In this document: positions 20,345 through 30,187 of the stretch, piece by piece | Numbering within the stretch: position 1 is the first letter of the stretch | How the letters are laid out: each line of letters starts with the position of its first letter | DNA from: Candidatus Izemoplasmatales bacterium | GTDB lineage: Bacteria; Bacillota_I; Bacilli_A; Izemoplasmatales; Hujiaoplasmataceae | Direction of reading: 5' to 3' | NCBI GenBank assembly: GCA_050177605.1 | Contig: JBFXGX010000003.1 | Coordinates: 23,039-83,905 of the forward strand | DNA: 60,867 bases | Translations under genes and position numbers: made by a program | Notes under the pieces: model-generated | Database searches by the model: none | Seen by the model: the letters and a program-made list of their open reading frames with translations, nothing else | Told to the model about the DNA's origin: nothing

Positions 20345-20926
20345 TTAATTCCTTTCTTGTTTATAAAATTTTTCCAGTGTAGAAGAAACAAATTCATCCT
20401 TCACTGTTATAAAGCGATAATTTGTATTCGCTAAAGTAGCTTGATAAGTTGTATAAAGCGGCGAATCAGTATCGATGAAACCAGTAATGAAGAAATCGTC
20501 TCCATAGTCAACGCGGATACTTTCTTCAGGAACGCCTGCGTTAAAAGCTTGTTTATAGGCTTCCAAAAAAAGGACTCCCTTACTCAAAACAAGACTCGAT
20601 GGTTTCAGCACTAGTCGTCTTCCTCTTTTGTCTAGGACCGGAATACATAAATCAATTTCTTGATATTTCGATTGTAAATATTCATATTGATTATTGAGCA
20701 TCTTTTTTGTTCGTTTATGAAACAATCCTTCTTTCAAAAATCCATAGATGAATGAAAGGATGATCACAAAGGCGATATTGAACACAGTGTAACCAATATC
20801 TACCAGATAGAACAAAAATAATACAAGAGGAATATAGAACAGCGAGTTAATCAGTTCAACTTTTAGTTCACTTTGATGAATGGTATCCGTCGTTTGTTTA
20901 AAAAGACGCGTTCCTTCATCATTCAC
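20345..20926 (-). CDS. Hypothetical membrane protein (2 TM helices plus soluble domain)
   Basis: 193-aa ORF abutting deoC and deoD; two hydrophobic segments near the N-terminus. Confidence 0.75.
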   Translation of the reverse strand: MNDEGTRLFKQTTDTIHQSELKVELINSLFYIPLVLFLFYLVDIGYTVFNIAFVIILSFIYGFLKEGLFHKRTKKMLNNQYEYLQSKYQEIDLCIPVLDKRGRRLVLKPSSLVLSKGVLFLEAYKQAFNAGVPEESIRVDYGDDFFITGFIDTDSPLYTTYQATLANTNYRFITVKDEFVSSTLEKFYKQERN

Positions 20927-21582
20927 TAATAGCCACTTCCTACTTCATTTTTCATTAAAGTAACGCCATTTGAAGTACCAATTCGTGTCGCCCCTGCTTC
21001 AACCATTTGATTGAAATCTTCAACAGTGCGAACACCGCCTGCAGCTTTTACTTCTTTGTTAACAGTGTATTTTTTCATTAACTTAACATTTTCAACAGTA
21101 GCTCCTGCAGTGCCAAATCCAGTGGATGTTTTAATAAATGTTGCGTTTGATTTGGCCACGATTTTACTCGTTTCGATTATTTCTTCTTCAGTAAGATAAC
21201 ACGTTTCAATAATTACCTTCAGTGTTTTTCCCTTACATGCTTTCGCAACTTGATTGATTTCATCTAAAATATAGTCATAATGGTGGCTCTTCACTTCACT
21301 GATATTTAAAACCATATCAATCTCATCTGCACCATTATTGATGGCATCTAGTGTCTCAAATACTTTTGTTTGAACGGTATTAGCGCCTAAAGGGAAGCCA
21401 ATCACAGTACAAACTAAAACACCTGAATTTTCTAATTGTTCTTTTGCATATGGTACAAAATAGGGATTAATACAGACACTTTTGAATTGAAATTCTTTTG
21501 CTTCAGCTAGAAGTTGATCAATCTCTTTCTTTGTGCCAAAGGCTTTTAAATAGGTATGATCGATGTATTCGTTGATTTTCAT
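20926..21582 (-). CDS. deoC: Deoxyribose-phosphate aldolase
   Basis: IDHT.L, VIGFPLG, EIDMV, FIKTSTGF, VKAAGG, RIGTS. Confidence 0.97.
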   Translation of the reverse strand: MKINEYIDHTYLKAFGTKKEIDQLLAEAKEFQFKSVCINPYFVPYAKEQLENSGVLVCTVIGFPLGANTVQTKVFETLDAINNGADEIDMVLNISEVKSHHYDYILDEINQVAKACKGKTLKVIIETCYLTEEEIIETSKIVAKSNATFIKTSTGFGTAGATVENVKLMKKYTVNKEVKAAGGVRTVEDFNQMVEAGATRIGTSNGVTLMKNEVGSGY

Positions 21583-21683
21583 TTTTTCTCCTTTTGATAT
21601 TTAAAATATCATTTAAATCCAATCTTTCGTAAATGATTGAACCCTTATAAATTTATTAATAAGTAATATTAATAAGTGCTTCT

Positions 21684-21712
21684 ATTATACTTAAATGAGC
21701 CTCATTTGTCAA
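21684..21712 (-). promoter_or_regulatory. Consensus sigma-A promoter of the deoC operon, with a palindrome in the spacer
   Basis: TTGACA-N17-TATAAT; AAATGAG-C-CTCATTT at 21693-21707. Confidence 0.85.
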
Positions 21713-21726
21713 TTTTAAAGAGACGA

Positions 21727-21756
21727 AAAGCTGGTCGTTAACCAGCTTTGTTTTTT
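21727..21756 (-). terminator. ileS terminator
   Basis: AAAGCTGGT-CGTTA-ACCAGCTTT hairpin. Confidence 0.75.
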
Positions 21757-21762
21757 AATTGA

Positions 21763-24495
21763 TTATTGAAGGATATCGTGACATCTGTCACAAAGGTGAT
21801 CCTCATCTACATGTTTCACAACAGTCCAGCATCTTGCACACGTAACACCTTCGGCAGGAACGACATCAACACTGAGTTCATCGGTCTTGAAAGAACCAAA
21901 TCCTTCTGTTTTAATTTCGAATTCACTAACGATAAATACTTGAGCAAAATTTAAGTTGACACTTTGTAAAACTTTCAATACTTTATCTTTAGGATAAAGC
22001 GTAAGTTTAGCATTCAAACTCTTACCAATGACTTTATTTTCTCTCGCTGTTTCAAGCGCTTTAAGAACAACTTCACGGACTTCCATAAAAGCATCAAATT
22101 TCGCTTCGAGTTCAGTATCTTGATAACTTGCTTCAGGGAAATCAAAGAGATAAATATCCTCTTTTTCTTTCTTAGGCATCAGATTGTAAGCTTCACTAGT
22201 TGTATGAGGAATGAATGGTGTTAACAATAAGAGTAATGTCATCAAAATATCATAGAAAACTGTTTGAACTTGTCTTCTTGCGAGTGAATCTGCTTTTTCA
22301 ATATATAAAATGTCTTTTGTAAAATCCATATAGAATGAAGATACAAAATTCACATAGTTATTGACTTTGCGATAGACATCATCAAAACGGAAATCATCCA
22401 TTGCTTCTTTTGACTCTTTTATGAGATTAGAAGTTTTAACCATTAAGAATTGATTAACTTCCCCAAGATTCTTATATTCAACACGGTTCATTGATTGATC
22501 AAAATCAAATAGATTACCTAATAAGAATCTAAAGGTGTTACGAATTTTACGGTAAGATTCAGAAACTTGTTTTAAAAGATCATCCGATAAACGAACATCT
22601 GCTTGATAATCTACGCTGGCAACCCATAAACGGAAAATATCTGAGCCAATGGTATTCGCAATTTTATTAGGATCAACAGTGTTGCCTAGTGATTTAGACA
22701 TTTTTCTTCCTTCACCATCAAGCACAAAACCATGAGATACTAAATTCTTGTAAGGACTTTTCCCGAGCGTTGCGACACCGGTAATTAAACTAGAATTAAA
22801 CCATCCACGATATTGGTCACTACCTTCTAAGTAGAGATCAGCAGGATACGAATAACCTCTCTCAATTAATGCGCCATGATGACTACTTCCTGAATCAAAC
22901 CAAACATCCATAATGTCTGTTTCTTTTGTGAATAGTCCATTTGGAGAATCTGGATGCGTAAATCCTGGAGGTAATAATTCCTTCGCAGATAATTTAAACC
23001 ATGCATTGGTTCCTTCATTTAAGAAGATACTAGCGACATGATTAATTACATCTTTATCGAGGATTGCAGTATTTTTTTCTGTATAAAACGCAGGAATTGG
23101 AACACCCCAAGCTCTTTGTCTTGAAATACACCATGACCCACGATCTTTGATCATATTGGATAGTCGTAAATCACCCCAAGAAGGATACCATTTCACTTCT
23201 TCAATGGCTTTTAAAATATCATCCTTTAAGATCTCAATTGAAGCAAACCATTGTGGAGTAGCTCTAAAAATGACTGGTTTTTTCGTTCTCCAATCATGAG
23301 GATAACTATGATAAATTTCTAGTACTTTTAATAAAGCATTCTTTTCTGTGAGGGCTTTGATAACTTCACCATTACAATCATCGACGAAGAGACCTTCAAA
23401 ACGTTCTCCCGCTTCTTTCATCATGAACCCTTTTGAATCTACTGGGCAGAAGACATCGAGCCCATATTTTTGGCCAACGATGAAGTCATCTTCACCATGT
23501 CCTGGAGCAGTATGGACTAAACCAGTACCGTCTTCAGTTGTGACGTGCTCTCCTAAGATGATTGGCGATACACGATCATAGAGTGGATGAACATAAGTAG
23601 CGTTTTCTAACTCCCATCCAAAAACAGTTTGTAATATATCGAATTTTTCAAATCCAAGTAATTCTCTCAGTGCGTCAACTCTCGCTTTTGCGACAACAAA
23701 TAAACGATCAGTTTCTGTTTTCACTAAGCAATATTCGATTTCAGGACCAGCACAGATGGCAAGATTCGCAGGAATCGTCCAAGGTGTTGTAGTCCAAATT
23801 AAGAATTCTGTATTTTTAGGAAATAAGTTATTCGTTGATTTTGAAGGCATCGCAACATAGATGGATGGACTTGTGACATCTTTATACTCAATCTCTGCTT
23901 CTGCTAGCGCTGACTCACTAGATGGTGACCAATAAACTGGTTTCAAGCCTTTATAGATAAGCCCTTTTTCAACCATTTCACCAAAGAGTCTAATTTGTGC
24001 AGATTCAAATTCTTTTTGTAAGGTTAAATAAGGATGATCCCATTCTCCAAGGATACCTAAACGTTTAAATTGTGAACGTTGTTTATCAACTTGTTCTAAG
24101 GCATATTCTTTACATAACTCACGAAAAGCAGGAATGTCCATTTCTTTACGATTGACTTTTTTGTCTTTACTTAGGGCGTTTTCAATCGGTAAACCATGGG
24201 TATCCCATCCAGGAATATAAGGTGCTAAGAAGCCATTCATGTTTTTGTATCTTAACACAAAATCTTTTAAGACTTTGTTAAGTGCTGTCCCTGCATGAAT
24301 ACTTCCATTGGCATAAGGAGGACCATCATGCAAAATAAACGTAGGTTTCCCTTCGTTTTTCTTCATCACTTGATTGTATAAGTCTTTCTTCTCCCAAGTT
24401 TCTTGTACTCCAGGTTCGTTTTGGCCAAGATTTCCCCTCATTGGAAAATCCGTTTGCGGCATCAATAACGTGTCTTTAAAATTCTTTTCTTCCAT
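21763..24495 (-). CDS. ileS: Isoleucine--tRNA ligase (IleRS1 type)
   Basis: HDGPPYANG, WCISRQR.WG, EGSDQYRGWF, KMSKS, C-terminal C..C Zn finger; start 24495 with GGAGG RBS. Confidence 0.98.
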   Translation of the reverse strand: MEEKNFKDTLLMPQTDFPMRGNLGQNEPGVQETWEKKDLYNQVMKKNEGKPTFILHDGPPYANGSIHAGTALNKVLKDFVLRYKNMNGFLAPYIPGWDTHGLPIENALSKDKKVNRKEMDIPAFRELCKEYALEQVDKQRSQFKRLGILGEWDHPYLTLQKEFESAQIRLFGEMVEKGLIYKGLKPVYWSPSSESALAEAEIEYKDVTSPSIYVAMPSKSTNNLFPKNTEFLIWTTTPWTIPANLAICAGPEIEYCLVKTETDRLFVVAKARVDALRELLGFEKFDILQTVFGWELENATYVHPLYDRVSPIILGEHVTTEDGTGLVHTAPGHGEDDFIVGQKYGLDVFCPVDSKGFMMKEAGERFEGLFVDDCNGEVIKALTEKNALLKVLEIYHSYPHDWRTKKPVIFRATPQWFASIEILKDDILKAIEEVKWYPSWGDLRLSNMIKDRGSWCISRQRAWGVPIPAFYTEKNTAILDKDVINHVASIFLNEGTNAWFKLSAKELLPPGFTHPDSPNGLFTKETDIMDVWFDSGSSHHGALIERGYSYPADLYLEGSDQYRGWFNSSLITGVATLGKSPYKNLVSHGFVLDGEGRKMSKSLGNTVDPNKIANTIGSDIFRLWVASVDYQADVRLSDDLLKQVSESYRKIRNTFRFLLGNLFDFDQSMNRVEYKNLGEVNQFLMVKTSNLIKESKEAMDDFRFDDVYRKVNNYVNFVSSFYMDFTKDILYIEKADSLARRQVQTVFYDILMTLLLLLTPFIPHTTSEAYNLMPKKEKEDIYLFDFPEASYQDTELEAKFDAFMEVREVVLKALETARENKVIGKSLNAKLTLYPKDKVLKVLQSVNLNFAQVFIVSEFEIKTEGFGSFKTDELSVDVVPAEGVTCARCWTVVKHVDEDHLCDRCHDILQ

Positions 24496-24512
24496 CTTAA
24501 AACCTCCAAATA

Positions 24513-24735
24513 TAAATAAAAAAAAGTCAATCCAAAAGGACGACTTTGCGCGGTACCACCTTTGTTCTAGCAATGCTAGCACTCAAATATCTTTAACGCA
24601 GATATACGAAGTTACTACTGATGTTCATAACTTATCTCCTAGGGGATGTATCCAAAACATAAATCCAAGTTTGCACCTTCCACTTGGTCTCTAAAATTTA
24701 GCGGTCTCAATACGTGTCCTATTCAGCGATTTATT
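24513..24735 (-). promoter_or_regulatory. T-box riboswitch leader, Ile specifier AUC
   Basis: AGAGA, GGUGCAA apical loop, specifier AUC (24645-24647), T-box AAGGUGGUACCGCG near 24550-24563, terminator with U-tract. Confidence 0.92.
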
Positions 24736-24790
24736 GAGTTAATTATAACCTTTTCTTTCTGAATTATCAAGAAATATTTCTGGGTAAACG

Positions 24791-25051
24791 TTATCCAACC
24801 AAACCGATAAGAATTTGGGATACAAACGATAGAATTAAAATACCAATAATTGGTGAGAAATCAATGCTAGAGATTTTTAAAAAACCTCTGAAAATATTTA
24901 GATATGGGTCTGTAATGGCTTCTAGAATATGAAAAAATTTAGTATTGATAAGTGGTGTCCAAGAAAGAATAACATCGACTAAGATGATGAAAATATAGAT
25001 TTGTACAAGGTCAGATAGTGCGAGTATAAGCGCGACAATAATTGAATCCAT
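24791..25051 (-). CDS. YggT/YlmG family membrane protein
   Basis: ILSW, ITDPYL..FR, IDFSPII. Confidence 0.88.
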   Translation of the reverse strand: MDSIIVALILALSDLVQIYIFIILVDVILSWTPLINTKFFHILEAITDPYLNIFRGFLKISSIDFSPIIGILILSFVSQILIGLVG

Positions 25052-25368
25052 TATTTCTTTTGATACTCCGCAATAAATCGTTTAAGTGTTGGCCCTGCCA
25101 AATCAGATTTTTGTGCCATTAAATAGATTTTATCTTGAATTTTAACGACCTCACCATCGCACGCATATAAAACACCAGATAAAAATAAAAGTACTTCATT
25201 CGCTTCACTAATCAAACAATTATCAAAATTAAGCACGATAGGTACACGGTGCATGACTGTTTCAGCGTAGTCATAGATCCCTTTACTGTCAGGGACTCTG
25301 TAAAACTTTACGTCCTCAAGATCAATATCACTTGTTTGTACTACCGGTTCTTTTTTAAACAATGCCAT
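25051..25368 (-). CDS. sepF: Cell division protein SepF
   Basis: IVLN, FLSGVLYA.DG.V.KI motif; sits between yggS and yggT. Confidence 0.85.
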   Translation of the reverse strand: MALFKKEPVVQTSDIDLEDVKFYRVPDSKGIYDYAETVMHRVPIVLNFDNCLISEANEVLLFLSGVLYACDGEVVKIQDKIYLMAQKSDLAGPTLKRFIAEYQKK

Positions 25369-26021
25369 TATTCTCCCTCATTTCGAAACAGAATCGATCC
25401 AAGTCGAAGATGGGTCGCATGTTCAAGAATTGCGATCTTGTAATCATGAGACATTCCCATCGATAAATACTCACACGGAGCATAGCCGAGTTTTAGGTTG
25501 TGGATCGTGTTTTTTAGTTCATACAATCGATGAAACTGTTGATGAATGATGGTGGAGTCTTCAGTGTTCTCTGCCATACCCATCAAGCCTACTACACGTA
25601 TTTTATCATATTTTTCTAGATTTAAAATAAAATTTGTGACTTCTTCAATTTTTAAACCTGTTTTTGATGACTCACCCGAGATATTGACTTCAACAAAACA
25701 GTCCAAAACATCATGTCGTTCCTTTTGAATTGCTTCAGCTAAACTGATTCGGTCTAAACTATGAAGGTAATCAATCAAGTTGATCATTTTTTTAACCTTA
25801 TTCGTTTGTAAGTGTCCAATAAAATGCCAAGTGACTCGTTGATCATGGATAGCCTCATATTTTTCAAGGAAATCAACAACTTTGTTTTCACCAAAATCTG
25901 TAATCTGATGATTTAACAAATCTTTCATCACGCTACTATCCACATATTTCGTCGCAGCCACAATTTTGACTGGCGACACTTCTTTGACTAATTGGTCAAG
26001 ATCTTTATTGAGCATAAACAT
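25368..26021 (-). CDS. yggS: YggS/YlmE PLP homeostasis protein
   Basis: VAATK, FGEN, WHFIGHLQTNK, LSMGMS.D, RLGS. Confidence 0.94.
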   Translation of the reverse strand: MFMLNKDLDQLVKEVSPVKIVAATKYVDSSVMKDLLNHQITDFGENKVVDFLEKYEAIHDQRVTWHFIGHLQTNKVKKMINLIDYLHSLDRISLAEAIQKERHDVLDCFVEVNISGESSKTGLKIEEVTNFILNLEKYDKIRVVGLMGMAENTEDSTIIHQQFHRLYELKNTIHNLKLGYAPCEYLSMGMSHDYKIAILEHATHLRLGSILFRNEGE

Positions 26022-26024
26022 CCC

Positions 26025-26213
26025 TTACTTTCTTAGTTGATTTAAATAGTAAGATAAAAAGCTTGTCAGAACAATATCAACAATACTTAAGAGAATTTGT
26101 TCAAAAGTATTCATTGGTACAAAAAGAAAAACAGGTATACTAACGACTAACAAAAAAGCAAAAAATAGAATCAATGTGATTTGTGGTTTTCTTTGATTAT
26201 TCAAGAATACCAA
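26025..26213 (-). CDS. Small hypothetical membrane protein
   Basis: 62-aa ORF with two hydrophobic helices filling the surE-yggS gap. Confidence 0.55.
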   Translation of the reverse strand: MVFLNNQRKPQITLILFFAFLLVVSIPVFLFVPMNTFEQILLSIVDIVLTSFLSYYLNQLRK

Positions 26214-26925
26214 CCTTCCTTCTTAACTCAGCCAATCCCTTTTCCGTTTGATTCGCAAACTTTAACGGCGTAATCGAGATGTAGCCATATTTCATTGCAT
26301 AGAGATCCGTTCCTTCGACAAACTCAAAAGGTAGGAATTCTCGACGTGATTCGTATTTGGATTCTGATAGTTGATGATAATAATGTTTCGCAGAACGAAA
26401 TCCTAAATCGGTAATTTGAATTCCCTTCGAATGATGAAATTGTCGAGATACAAAATTGACATTGAGTAAATACTCTGTTGATAGTAAATCATGATCAAAG
26501 ATATATTCAAGCACTTTATCAAGTTCAGCTTCTGCTGGCTCAAAGTAGTGATAGTCAGCGCTAAAAGCAATCGCTTTTTTCTTTGCTTTCAATGCCTCCA
26601 TACACGCACCAACTGTTCCAGAATAAATCGTATCAGCGCCAACGTTAAAGCCATCATTGATTCCAGAAACAACTAAATCTGGATTAAAATCCAATGCATA
26701 TAAAGCGAAAGAAACTGCATCTGCAGGAGTTCCTTCGACGGAAATGATATCCTCCGCGTGTTTGTGAACATGAGCACCATCCCAAAAAACTCTAGAAACA
26801 GACGCACCACTTTTGTGATGATGTGGCGCAACTAGTAGGACTTCACCATATTTTTTTAGCTTTTCATATAAAATCTTTATGCCCTCAGCATTATATCCAT
26901 CATCATTCGTAACTAATATTTTCAT
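26197..26925 (-). CDS. surE: 5'/3'-nucleotidase SurE
   Basis: ILVTNDDG, GTPAD.V, VSGIN.G.N, YSGTVGA. Confidence 0.95.
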   Translation of the reverse strand: MKILVTNDDGYNAEGIKILYEKLKKYGEVLLVAPHHHKSGASVSRVFWDGAHVHKHAEDIISVEGTPADAVSFALYALDFNPDLVVSGINDGFNVGADTIYSGTVGACMEALKAKKKAIAFSADYHYFEPAEAELDKVLEYIFDHDLLSTEYLLNVNFVSRQFHHSKGIQITDLGFRSAKHYYHQLSESKYESRREFLPFEFVEGTDLYAMKYGYISITPLKFANQTEKGLAELRRKVGILE

Positions 26926-27215
26926 TCAGGAAGTACAATCCCATCTTCAAGATTTTCATTAGGTAAGAAGAGTAATAATGTTTTTCCGATTTTTTGAGCA
27001 ACATCAATTTTACGTCTTTCAAACTCATGCGCTACTTCTGCGATTGTTTGAGGGCAAGTATCTAGCACATTGATTTTACATAACTCATTTTTAAATAAAT
27101 AATCGTAGACACTTTGGAATACGGCTTGGGTAATCCCTTCTTTTCCAACTTGGAAGACAGGTTTCATTTTTTGTCCAAGACTTCTTAAATAACTTTTTTG
27201 TTTTCCTGTTAACAT
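26922..27215 (-). CDS. yhbY: YhbY/CRM domain RNA-binding protein
   Basis: MLTGKQKSYLRSLG, VGKEG, ELCKI, IGK. Confidence 0.9.
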   Translation of the reverse strand: MLTGKQKSYLRSLGQKMKPVFQVGKEGITQAVFQSVYDYLFKNELCKINVLDTCPQTIAEVAHEFERRKIDVAQKIGKTLLLFLPNENLEDGIVLPE

Positions 27216-27226
27216 GATTTTTCTCC

Positions 27227-28666
27227 TTAAAGGTATAGTGGTAATAAGATTGCTAAACTAATTGAATAGTATAACGATAATGTAATTATATCAGAAACCG
27301 TCGTAATGAATGGCCCTGATGCAACTGCTGGGTCAATATGTAATTTATCCATGAGTAATGGAATCACAGCACCAAGTAATGTAGAAACAATTAAAGCAAT
27401 ACAGATGGAAGTGGAAGTAACGAGCGCAGTCATTGTTGAAACATATGCAAATAATTCACCAGATCCAATGTAATTCACCCCAATCATCATCACAAAAATC
27501 ATGATTCCAAGTAATAAACCTTGGGCAATTCCTGTCCCTACTTCACGAAGCAGGTATCTTGTAATGACTTTTCGAGTAATCTCCTTTTTTTGAGTTGACA
27601 AGAATCGAATCATTACGGCAAGTGATTGCGTACCGGTATTTCCTGACATATCGAGAATTAAAGGTAAGTAAATCGCTAGTGAAGCTGCGAGAATCTTCGC
27701 ACCATCACTGCTTGTTAAATGGCCTTCAAAGAAACTAAGAATGATGGAAGTTACCATACTTAGTCCGAGTAAAATAGCGAGCCAAGGTAGTCTTTTCTTT
27801 ACACCATCGAGTAAGGTTTCTGTTTCGAGGTCAATATCGCTATCACTTAATGCGGCAAACTTTGTATAGTCTTCTGTTTTTGACTCGGAAATGATATCCA
27901 TCAAGTCATCATGGGTCACAATCCCAACAATATGCAAGTCCTCATCAACAATTGGCATGGCACTATCACCATAGTCTTGCATCATCATTGCGACTTCTTC
28001 TTTATCATCATGGGGATGAGCAAAGATGAGTCTCGTTTCCATAATATCTTCAATCAATTCATCAGCCCGTGCAACGATTAGTTGTTTTAACTTTAAATAA
28101 CCAACTAATTTCTGTTTCTCAACGACATAGATGATAGAAATAAATTCAGTGTCAGATGCTTTTTGAATCATCCGTTTCATCGCATCTTTGACAGTCATTT
28201 TCTTCGAAAACTCGATAAAACTATTTGACATTGCGGAACCAATTTCATCTTCTTTATAATCCCATAACCGCTTTAACTCAGCTCTTTTTTTAGGAGAAAG
28301 AAGACTGACAATGTCTAAATCCTCTTCTTCGTCATGGAGATATTGAAGTAAGTCTACAGCATCATCACTGTCCATATGGTCAATTATTTTTACAGCTAAC
28401 TGTAACGGTAAGTTCTTGATAACTTGAATTGAATCCTCATGTTCAAAATGCTCAAAAATACTCGCTGCAAGCGTGATATCAATCAAGGTAAAGATTTGAT
28501 TTATTTTCGATGGTTCTTCATCAAGAATCGCTCTGGAAATATCATATGGATGATATTCCTCGAGTGATTCCATTAAGTCCTCTTGGTCAAATGGTGTATT
28601 AAGGATATCTAATATCTCTTGTTTAAAGTCTCTGTCTTCATCAAAAAGACGATGTTCTTTTTCCAT
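27227..28666 (-). CDS. mgtE: Magnesium transporter MgtE, copy 2
   Basis: N-domain, CBS pair, RLPWL, GNTGTQS, DPAVASGPFITTVSD. Confidence 0.93.
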   Translation of the reverse strand: MEKEHRLFDEDRDFKQEILDILNTPFDQEDLMESLEEYHPYDISRAILDEEPSKINQIFTLIDITLAASIFEHFEHEDSIQVIKNLPLQLAVKIIDHMDSDDAVDLLQYLHDEEEDLDIVSLLSPKKRAELKRLWDYKEDEIGSAMSNSFIEFSKKMTVKDAMKRMIQKASDTEFISIIYVVEKQKLVGYLKLKQLIVARADELIEDIMETRLIFAHPHDDKEEVAMMMQDYGDSAMPIVDEDLHIVGIVTHDDLMDIISESKTEDYTKFAALSDSDIDLETETLLDGVKKRLPWLAILLGLSMVTSIILSFFEGHLTSSDGAKILAASLAIYLPLILDMSGNTGTQSLAVMIRFLSTQKKEITRKVITRYLLREVGTGIAQGLLLGIMIFVMMIGVNYIGSGELFAYVSTMTALVTSTSICIALIVSTLLGAVIPLLMDKLHIDPAVASGPFITTVSDIITLSLYYSISLAILLPLYL

Positions 28667-28678
28667 TAGGCACCCTCC

Positions 28679-30079
28679 TTATAACCATTGACTTAACAAA
28701 ATGGATGCTAAGCCAAAATAAATTAGTAGCGATATAATATCATTAATTGTTGTGATAAATGGACCCGAAGCTACTGCTGGGTCAACTTTAAATAAATTCA
28801 TTACTAAAGGAACAAGTGCTCCAGCAAGTGTTGCGACAACAAGCGCAATGGCGATTGAGAGTGCTATGACAGAAGCGAACGGTAAAATTTGTTCAAACGT
28901 TTGATGATCTAATAATTTTAAGACAATGACTAAGCCAAATAAGCCAATGGCAATCACAATACCATTGACAACACCAGTTAATAACTCTTTGATAAGATGT
29001 TTTGCGACACTTCTTTTCGTATCCAGTTGATTTGTCGCAAATAGACGAATAATCACACCTAAACTTTGTGTTCCTGTATTCCCTGCCATGTTTAAGATGA
29101 GTGGCATAAATAGCGCTAGTGTAGGAATTTGAGTTAAAACCCCTTCAAACCCCGATACGATAGAACTTGTAATTAAATTGACAAATAGAAGAATGACCAG
29201 CCATGGCATTCTTTTCTTAATTGTCGAAAGAATTGTTTCCTTCTCTTCATCAATATTGATATCGGTAACCCCAGCAAGTCTAGAATAATCGGTATCAGAT
29301 TCCTTGTTTAAGGCTTCAGTCATATCATCGAAAGATACAATTCCAAGCATCTTAAAATCGTTATCGACGATTGGAAGAAGTAAGAAGTCGTAGTTTTTCA
29401 TCATTTCAATCGCTTCTTCATTTTTTGCGGAAGGTGTTAAAGCGACGATGTTAGTCGCCATAATTTCTTCGATTGTCAATGTAGGTTGGTTCCCCGAACT
29501 GATTAACTCTTTTAAGGAAACTACACCTTCTAGATAGCCAAGCTCAGTCACGTATACATTCACAATATATTCGACATTTGGAGCTTGATCTACCACTTTT
29601 TTAATTGCTTGCTTCACAGTATCTGTTTTCTTAATTTCAACATAGGATGTATTCATAAACGAACCGACAACATCATCATCAAAACGAATCAATTCTTTAA
29701 TGTTAGGTCTTTTTCCTGGATGAATTAGAGAAAGATAGGTTGTTTGGTCTGTCGGGCTCATTTCTTTTAAAATATCCACAATATCATCTGGTTGCATTTC
29801 ATCAAAAACTTCGGCGATGACTCGTTTTGAAATCGTTAATAGAATCGGCACGATTTCTTCCGCATCTATAATCGAGATAATGTTCGCTAACTGCACTGCA
29901 GAAAACAATGAAATGAACTCTTGTTGGTCTGAAGCATCTAAATGAAGGAGCGTCTGAGACAAATCATAGTCATGAAAATCATCAAGTTTTTCTTTTTTTA
30001 ATTCTAAGGGCAAATCACTATGGAATAATAGCAATATTTCATTTTCGTAGTTCTCAACTTCCAAGTTTTCAAGTGACAT
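28679..30079 (-). CDS. mgtE: Magnesium transporter MgtE, copy 1
   Basis: CBS pair, RMPWL, AGNTGTQS, DPAVASGPFITTIND. Confidence 0.93.
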   Translation of the reverse strand: MSLENLEVENYENEILLLFHSDLPLELKKEKLDDFHDYDLSQTLLHLDASDQQEFISLFSAVQLANIISIIDAEEIVPILLTISKRVIAEVFDEMQPDDIVDILKEMSPTDQTTYLSLIHPGKRPNIKELIRFDDDVVGSFMNTSYVEIKKTDTVKQAIKKVVDQAPNVEYIVNVYVTELGYLEGVVSLKELISSGNQPTLTIEEIMATNIVALTPSAKNEEAIEMMKNYDFLLLPIVDNDFKMLGIVSFDDMTEALNKESDTDYSRLAGVTDINIDEEKETILSTIKKRMPWLVILLFVNLITSSIVSGFEGVLTQIPTLALFMPLILNMAGNTGTQSLGVIIRLFATNQLDTKRSVAKHLIKELLTGVVNGIVIAIGLFGLVIVLKLLDHQTFEQILPFASVIALSIAIALVVATLAGALVPLVMNLFKVDPAVASGPFITTINDIISLLIYFGLASILLSQWL

Positions 30080-30106
30080 GATAATCTCCTCCTTTGATAA
30101 AATTCA

Positions 30107-30146
30107 TAAAAAAAGCTTGACTCCCCTTCTCATGAGGAATCAAGCC
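30107..30146 (-). terminator. Strong terminator between ftsZ and mgtE
   Basis: GCTTGATTCCTC...GGGGAGTCAAGC-TTTTTTT on the minus strand. Confidence 0.8.
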
Positions 30147-30187
30147 AAATGACAATTTCGGAAGTGTAGTAGGGTAAGAGTATGGAG

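Noticed and set aside
21583..21683. Purine or 2'-dG riboswitch before deoC
   Set aside because: Lacks the conserved purine aptamer core (UUUCUACC junction and kissing loops)
24496..24582. N-terminal extension of ileS in the ORF track
   Set aside because: It overlaps the T-box antiterminator and terminator; the RBS supports start 24495
30080..30187. M-box (ykoK) riboswitch before mgtE
   Set aside because: Region is only about 108 nt including the terminator and has no recognisable M-box core
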